In this document: in pieces, positions 55,701-64,000 of the stretch
Numbering within the stretch: the stretch's first letter is position 1
How the letters are laid out: the number at the start of each line of letters is the position of its first letter
From: Paraspadella gotoi
Taxonomy: Eukaryota; Animalia; Chaetognatha
Length of the DNA: 64,000 bases
NCBI GenBank assembly: GCA_051294375.1
Contig: CM119269.1
Location: 23,392,554 to 23,456,553 of the forward strand
Direction: 5' to 3'
Position numbers and translations under genes: made by a program
Notes under the pieces: generated by a model
What the model was told of the DNA's origin: nothing
The model's input: the letters and a program-made list of their open reading frames with translations, nothing else
Databases searched by the model: none

Positions 55701-55982
55701 AGAGAGAGAAGAGAGAGAGAGAGAGATAAAGAAACGAGAGAACTGAAAACGAAAAAGGGGAGAAGAAGCGAGAGAGAGAGGAGAGAGAGAGATAAGAGAG
55801 AGAAGAGAGGAGGAGAGAGAGAGAGAGATAAAAGAAATGGGCGAGAGAACGAAAGGGAGGGAGGCGAGAGAGAGAGAGAAAGAGAGAAATGAGAGAAACG
55901 AAGAGCCGAGTTTAAATTATTATGCGAATTTTTTCGGAAACAGGAGTTCAATCCGCAGTTCAGAGTGGAAAAAGAATGAAGG

Positions 55983-56017
<35 letters not shown>

Positions 56018-56410
56018 AGAGTTAGAGAGAGAGAGAGAGAGAGACCCCTATTGTCAACCTAGGATCTTTTACAAAGCAAATAGAAAGCTAATACTATTAA
56101 TAGAATTTAAATCACATTAAATGCAATAAAAAAATCCCTCACTGATCGATTCTTATTCGAATTTGAAAGCGACTGCCTTATTAGGAGAATGGTGGCGGCA
56201 CATTTGTCAATTAGAAAAAAGACAAGAACTATTTATCTGATGAGTTGTTATGAGGGACTGACATAACCGAAGTCGATATAACGATTTAAAAAATAGAAAT
56301 TAAAATAAACCTGTGAACAAATCCCACGGAGGGAGAAACCTATCTTGTGATGATGATGATCGATTGGACTCCGGCCCCAGAAGATGGACATCCCTAATGG
56401 AAGTAAAATC

Positions 56411-56701
56411 AATTCCGGAATCTGCCCCACGATAATCAGCGGAAAACATCTGATCTTATAATTAAATTTATTCGAATTAATTTATTTCAAATTTGCTACA
56501 AATTAAATTCGTTGTCGGTCGAGAGAAGTCGGTCAAAGTCGGCCTCACGAGTCACGTGACCGAGTGGAGCAAAGAATTTGATTGGCTGAAGTAATTAAGG
56601 CGGCGGAAAGAAAGTCTGAAGAGAAAGAAGGAAATTGATTGGTTGATTGTTTGAATCGATTTAAACAATCTCCGCTGATTATCGTGGGCAGATCCGGAAT
56701 T
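56411..56701. promoter_or_regulatory. Candidate bidirectional promoter: GTCACGTGAC E-box/CLEAR palindrome and CCAAT boxes between ~31-bp inverted repeats
   Basis: GTCACGTGAC at 56551-56560; ATTGG at 56581 and 56638; inverted repeat 56411-56443 / 56671-56701. Confidence 0.4.
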
Positions 56702-58994
56702 GTTTGCTTCTTCCTTCCATTTCAGATGGAATCAGAACCAAGAATTGAATCGGATCNNNNNNNNNNNNNNNNNNNNNNNNNNNNNNNNNNNNNNNNNNNN
56801 NNNNNNNNNNNNNNNNNNNNNNNNNNNNNNNNNNNNNNNNNNNNNNNNNNNNNNNNAAGAGAGAGATATTTTGTGAGAAAAACTGCAGATGGCATTTGTT
56901 TTTCAAACATTTAGCCGACCCCCTTCGCGCGCGACATCTTTGAAGAAAAAAGTCGAGTTATAAACAAAGACGTAGAGGAAAATGCCATTCAGTATACTAT
57001 TAGGGAATTATATTAGGGAATTAGGGAATGTTATTGTTCATAGTTGTCATTACTGTTCGAAATATGTTTTAAAATCGGTTTAAAGCGATTATACGATAAA
57101 TAAAAAAAAATAATTAGCAAACGAGAGAAAAGATTTTAGAGATTATTTTTGGCTTTTCTAAAATTGAAATAAAATCAAAAGGACAATTAAAAAGAGAGAA
57201 ATTTTAAAAAGCGAAGGCAGCAACCTGTCGCCTCTGAAGAGGAAAAGAAAGGTAAAGTAAAAGTAAAGTAAAGAAAGTTTAAATAAATTAAAAAGTAAAG
57301 TAAAGTAACAGCTAAAGTAGAGGCTAATGTAGTAAGGTAACGTACAAATAATATTAGTGATGCAGAAAATACAAAAAAACGAAGAAATCTACTGAAAATT
57401 TATAATTGTTTACTTGTTAATTTTGCAAAAAATAATAATAATAATAATAATAATGAATAATAATAATAATAAATAATAATAATATAATAATAAAATAATA
57501 ATAATATACTTTAATAACTAAACTCAGTATGACGATACGACGTCGATATAAAGACGGCTCTGTTGTTAAGCGGATAATGACGAACGACGAACGACGAACA
57601 GAAGAGTCATCTTTGCGCGATCATTACCGAGCAGTTTTGTCGCTTGATCAAACAAAAGAGGCAACGAGCTTTGAACAGAACACTGTGCGATAATAACGGT
57701 CAACTTGGGAATGAAACTGTGGTTTCGGGGTCAAGAGTCAGGTTGGGAAATAAAATGTAGAAAAAATAGTAATAATAGACATAATTGTCTAATAAAGGGA
57801 AAAAATAAATGGAATGAACAAATGAAAGAGATATTTATTGAACAAATGTAAATAATTTTGTCTCAAATAACTATAAAATTTGTACAATCGTTATAAAATT
57901 AAAATATTATATAAATATTTCTCTTTCTCTTTCTTTAACTTTTCTATTCAAAGTATTTCTTCAAATGTTCCCCCTCTTTCCTCTCCTCCACCTCCTCTCC
58001 TCTCTCTCTCTTTCTCTTTCTCTCTCTCTCTCCCCTCTCCTCTCTCCTGCTAACCTCTCTCTCCTCTCTCTCCGTATCTCTTCTCTTCGCCTCTCCTCCT
58101 CTCTCTCTCTTTCTCCTTCCTCCTCTCTTCTCTCTCCTTCCTCTCCTCTCTCCTTCCTCTCTCTCTCCTTCCCGTCTCTCTTCTCGTCCTTCCTCTCTCT
58201 TCCTCCCCTCTCTCTCCCCTATTCCTACCTCTCTCTCTCTTCTCTCTCTCTCTCCCTCTTTCTCTCTCTCTCTCCTCCCTCGTCCCTCTCTCCCCCCTTC
58301 TCTGTCTCTTTCCCTCTCCTCTTCTTCTCCTCTCCCCCTTCCTGCCTCTCTCTCCTCCCCCCTCTCCCTCCCTCTCTTTCTTCCTACTCTCCCTCATCCC
58401 TCCACTCCCTGTCCGTCTTTCTCCCCTCTCCCTCCTCTCCTCTCCCCTCCTCTTCCCCTCTCTTCTCTCTCCCTCTTCGCTCTCCTCTCTCCTTCCCCTT
58501 TACAGTGCGACGCATGTCTGTCGGTAAAGATTCTCTTCGTCACGGGCGAAGGCCCTGTTCTCCGCCCATCGATTCTGTCGGCTTTGTCGGTCCCGTTGCG
58601 TAGTGGACGACGTCACAGTGACAGTGGGTCCAGTGAGCAACGTGGACAGGATCAAGGCCAACATTTCCTGTGGGTTGAGGAGTGGAATTTTGGGAAATAT
58701 GAAGGGTGGAAATTAAGGTGGTAAATACTGAAGGGTGGAAATTGAGTTGTGGAAATTGAGGTTAAAAATTTATGATGGAAATTAAGCCGACCCACATGGG
58801 CTCTCTGGCCAACGATTACCCAACAGAAAATAATTATCATTTTCGCCAAATTTCGATCCACAATTATCCCTTTCCACACACAGTATCTCTCCCCCGTCTC
58901 AATATCTAACCCCTATCTAACCCACATATGTTAACCCCTCTTATCCTTCCGCTCAGCTCTTCATCTATCTATTTCGTATTCTAATTATTCTTTA

Positions 58995-59370
58995 TCCGCC
59001 TATCTATCCTATCTATTCTTCCGCCGCCTATCTATCCTATCTATTTATCCTCTCTATCCTTCCCTGCCTATTCTATCTATCTAGTCTATCTATCTATCCT
59101 ATCTCTCCTTCCTGCTATCTATCCTATCTATCTATCTATCCTATCTATCCTTCCCTGCCATCTAGTCTTATTTATCCTTCCCCGCCTATCATCCTATCTA
59201 CCTATCTATCCTTCCCGCCTATCTATCCTATCTATCCTTGCCCGCCTATCTATCCTATTTCTATCCCATCTATCCTTCCGTGCCTATCTATCCTATCTAT
59301 CTATCCTATCTATCTATCCTTTCATGCCTATCTATCCTATCTATCTATCTATCCTATCTATCCTTCCCTG
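58995..59370. repeat. (CTAT)n-based degenerate repeat
   Basis: Directly visible. Confidence 0.85.
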
Positions 59371-59386
59371 CTTTCTTCACAAACAG

Positions 59387-59527
59387 TGATCCCGATGGAC
59401 ACTGTCTCCAAGATGGATGTGGTCAGTGCCGTCGAGGATGTGCAGGAAGTTGACGAAGTCGAGAACGTGGAATCTGTGCCGAAGATTCCCAACAAGAAGC
59501 CGATCATTCCCACGCCTGGAGAGCCTG
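59387..59527 (+). CDS. Possible internal exon of an unidentified gene
   Basis: GC-richer island bounded by ttcacaaacAG and G|GTCAGT. It is 141 nt with an open frame IPMDTVSKMDVVSAVEDVQEVDEVENVESVPKIPNKKPIIPTPGEP. No family is recognised. Confidence 0.35.
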
Positions 59528-59921
59528 GTCAGTCAGTCGGTCTCGGGTCCGGTCTGTCTGTCATACGATAGGCCGCGCTCTCTGTTCTTTTTGGTCGGCG
59601 GTCTGTCTCTCGGTCACAGTTCAGTCAGTCAGTCAGTCTTTATCTTACTCCTTCTCTGTTCGTGCATTTGTGCAATTCTACCTGAGTTTACAGACTAAGT
59701 ACAATTGATGAATTAACTAATTAACTAATTAAGTCAGCCAAAGTCTAAATACGAGAACAGATGTGAAACTCAACGTCTACTATAAGATTACCCAGAGACC
59801 ATCTGGCAATAACATCATCAACTATTCTGATCATAATCATCAAAAAGATTGATAACAAGACTATAATCTCTTAGAAAATTAACTTCTTTACTTTGACAAA
59901 AAATTCTACCTTCGAGAAATC

Positions 59922-61045
59922 ACACTGGATTCGTCCACACTGGATTCGTCACACAGGATTTGTCACACAGGATTTTCCACACAGGATTCGTCCACAACAG
60001 GATTCGTCCACAACAGGATTCGTCACACTGGATTCGTCCATGCAGGATTCGTCCCACACAGGATTCGTCACAACAGGATTCGTCCACACTGGATTCTGCC
60101 ACACAGGATTCGTCCACAACAGGATTCGTCCACACTGGATTCGTCACAACAGGATTCGTCCACACGGATTCGGTCCACAAGGATTCGGCCACACAGGATT
60201 CGTCCCACACAGGATTCGTCCACAAGGATTCGTCCACACAGGATTCGGCCACACAGGATTCGGTTCACACAGGATTCGTCCACACTGGATTCGTCCACAC
60301 TGGATTCGTCCACACAGGATTCGTCACACAGGATTCGTCCACAAGGATTCGTCCACAAAGGATTCGTCCACACGAATTCGTCCACAAAGGATTCGTCCAC
60401 AAACAGGATTCGTCCACACAGGATTCGTCCACACAGGATTCGGCCACACAGGATTCCGTCACACAGATTCATCCACAAAGGATTCGTCCACACAGGATTC
60501 TGCCACACAGGATTCGTCCACAAAGGATTCGTCCACACTGGATTCGTCCACACAGGATTCGTCCACACAGGATTCGTCCACACAGGATTCGTACCACACT
60601 GGATTCTGCCACACAGGATTCATCCACAAAGGATTCGTCCACACTGGATTCGTCCACACAGGATTCAGCCACACAGGATTCGTCACACAGGATTTCGTCC
60701 ACAAAGAATTCGCCACACTGGATTCGTCCACACAGGATTTCGGCGCACACAGGATTCGTCACACAGGATGTCGGCACACAGGATTCGTCCACACAGGATT
60801 CGTCCACACTGGATTCGTCCACACAGGATTCGGCCACACAGGATTCGTTCACACAGGATTCGTCCACAAAGGATTCGTCCCACGATTCGTCCACAGGATT
60901 CGTCCACCAAGGTTTGTTTCCACACTGGATTCGTCCACACAAGATTCGTCCACACTGGATTCGTCCACACAGGATTCGTCCACCAAGGTTTGTCCACACT
61001 GGATTCGTCCACACAAGATTCGTCCACACTGGATTCGTCCACACT
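59922..61045. repeat. 15-bp minisatellite ggattcgtccacaca, about 75 copies
   Basis: Directly visible; the stop-free unit opens ORFs in most frames. Confidence 0.95.
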
Positions 61046-61701
61046 TTACGCAATAGCTGTGACATGACACCACATTTCCTACACTGTATATCGCCCACAA
61101 AGACCATGGTTAATTCGAGGAGACAGCGAGACACCCACAGCTTCCTTAGTTCAAAACCTTTCCCAGGGTCTTAAGTCTTAACGACGAAACGACTTAAGAC
61201 TTAAAACTTGAAACTTTAAGCACAAATAAAATCCTATCGTAAAAAAAAACAAGATCGGTTCATCCAATGTGTTGCTCCGCAGTGACTTTATTTTCACGTG
61301 ACTTGACAAGACACGACATGACTAAAAAACTTTCTTAACTCGTGCATCGAAATTCTGTCTTTTATTCTCTTATAGTTTTAGGATTTCCTGAAGGCGGCGC
61401 TAGCAGTCACTTAGATTTTTCCTGTCTTATCAAATGACCAACCAACTATATGCAAGTTATGAGCATTTTTAACGTAAGTGAAACAGACCGACGGACAAAC
61501 AGACCGACAGACCGACTTAAAAGTTACTTATAGAGTTGCTCCGCGAGTACTCGCGGCGTAACTAACAACAAAGACTCGTTTCTACTTCGAATCGCAATAA
61601 AAGTAGACGACTGTAACTGAGAGAAGAAGATGACGACGACGACGACGACGACGATGAAAGAGAACGACGAACGGTTTCCCTTTAACGTTTTCCGGGTCAT
61701 A

Positions 61702-61738
<37 letters not shown>

Positions 61739-61880
61739 AAACGACGAAGTTTTCCGGGTCATAACCGGTTGAGCGCGAAAAAAAAAAAAAAACTTCGTTG
61801 GTGGAAATAAAGACTTCGGTTAATGCCCTCTCTCTCTCCTCTCCTCTCTCTCTCTTCACTTTCTCTGTCTCTCCTTTCTC

Positions 61881-62017
<137 letters not shown>

Positions 62018-62047
62018 TTCTCCTGTTTCTCTCTCTCTCTCCCTCTC

Positions 62048-62083
<36 letters not shown>

Positions 62084-64000
62084 CTCTTTCCCAATCTCTC
62101 CCTCTCTCCCCACCCTCTCTCCTCTCTATCAGACAAACCAGCCAACATCTCGGAACTTCTCCAACTTTGGTTCCAAAGTCTAAGAGCATCCAATCTCTCG
62201 TCGGAGAGAGAGAAGAGCAGTAGAAAGGACGTGAAGACGACGAGGACGACGACGATGAAGACGACGATGACGACGATGAAGACGACGACGATGACAACGA
62301 TGATACTCAAGTGACATGACATGGCACTACAACGACGTATGACATGTATAACAGTTTATTTTGACAAATATTTCTGAGGATTTTTAGGGTTTAAGTTGAT
62401 GATGATGATGATGAGATGGATATGATGATGATTATGATGACGTGATGATGATGGAAGACGATGACAATGAGGACGACGACGACGTGGACGACGACGAGGA
62501 GGAAGAGGAGAAAGAGGAGGAAGAGGAGGAGGAGGAGGAGGTTAATGAGAAAAAAAAATTGTTTGACCAAGTTATTACTTTTCATTTTTTATTCTACATC
62601 AAGATAATAGAGAGTAAAGGTTATAAGAGGTTGATAACATAAGCAGAAATGGGGAAATTCATAGTATTAATTAATAGTTAATTAATTAATGATTGTAATT
62701 ATTCGGCTGGGATGGGAAAACAATAATAAAAGGCGAGAGAGAGAAATGAAACAATTTCAATGTAATAAGGTTTTTTTTATACTGAAATAAATAATACACT
62801 CGAATAAAATGGAATTTTTTGAAAGCAGGACACCTGACTAGAGAATCTCCTCTGGGAAATCCACACTGTTAGAGTGGTACAGCGACCGCCTTTCCTATCG
62901 CTCTCACTTTAATTAGGGACTATATTTCACCCTGTTTTATTTAAATCTTTATAAAATTGACGCAAACATTACAAAGTTATATTTTCATTAAATAAGGTGC
63001 ATGCCCCTGACTTGAGACCAGAAATGGTGAGGTAGTGGCTCCGTTCGTCGTCCAAGATAATATCCTGGCAGCTTTCAATCAGGTCAAGTCGAGTTCAAAG
63101 GTTATAAACTCTCCAGAAGGCTTTATTTTCACAAAACTATTACCCTTTCCATCTTAAAATTCGGAATTAGGTTAATTTTTTTTATTTTAAGAATACAGGG
63201 TTTTATTCAAATTGTAAGAGATTTTTAAATCTTTTATGAAAATATAAAAATTTTAAAAAATTGTATACAAATAAAAGAGCTCAAATGAAAATTTATACAT
63301 TTTTTAAAAATCTTTAAAAATTTTATAAAAATAAAAAAGCTCAAATTAAAATTTCAAAAAGAAATTTTAAAATTTTTGAAAAATAAAGAGCTAAATGAAA
63401 GCTTAGTACTTATTCTATTTGCCCAAATATAATTAACTTATAATACAATAAATTTACAGTGAGCCAGAAAAGTTAAAGTGTCAGTATTCCTTTGCGCCCA
63501 AACCAATCAAAAATATATTTATTGATATAATATATACATTGATTTTGAGTTATCATTAATGCTACAAATGAGACTAAAAAAATTTTTGCATCAGGGAAAG
63601 ATGCGCCATGAAAGGTTTTTAAATTTTTACTCATGTGGGATTTAAACGCTTTGCTTTTGGATGTGATATCAACTTATCATGTTGCCAGCTATTATTATAC
63701 CAAACATTAAATATTATGGAGCTTTGGGTCTTTATAATTCTAATATGATAATTAAACAAGTGCTAAAGCCAATTGATGTCATTTCATGTCTTGGGTGATT
63801 GTTTTGAGTTAAATATTAAGGTTAAATATTAATATTAAAATCAAATTTAATGATAAACGAACAAAAATGGGCCACTCCCGGAAAAGTGAGCCCAAGTTTC
63901 AATTTTGACAATGATGTTTAAAAAAATCGTAGAGTGGATGAGAAACAGCAAAGTGTCGTCTGAACGAAAGACAAAATATTCCAGCTGAAAAGTGGAAAGA

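Noticed and set aside
59893-61174. Long ORFs of 387 and 404 aa
   Set aside because: Products of a stop-free 15-bp satellite, open in most frames on both strands.

Overview
AT-rich, microsatellite-dense animal (invertebrate-type) genomic DNA with three reconstructable genes. (1) A complete 16-coding-exon anoctamin/TMEM16 gene (+, 25529-35201, about 954 aa). (2) An ELAV/Hu three-RRM gene with an uninterrupted coding region (-, 38318-39609/39661). (3) A 12-exon type I membrane mucin-like gene that the ORF track misses (-, about 52220-43541): chitin-binding CBM14, Ser/Thr stalk, SEA, EGF-like, TM, and a tail with NPxF and PPxY motifs. The first 24 kb are two error-rich extra copies of the anoctamin locus, one direct (about 1830-10700) and one inverted (10765-23879). 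They are most likely long-read gap-fill artefacts, but they preserve other haplotypes carrying extra insertions. Most notable: five intronic minisatellites sit exactly on splice sites (four carry exon end plus splice site); an 8-bp-TSD transposon in an anoctamin exon could be spliced out seamlessly like an introner; minimal Penelope-type hammerhead motifs lie in anoctamin introns; and the ELAV start codon is out of frame. All exon models were derived by hand from GT-AG sites and frame continuity; no database search was run.
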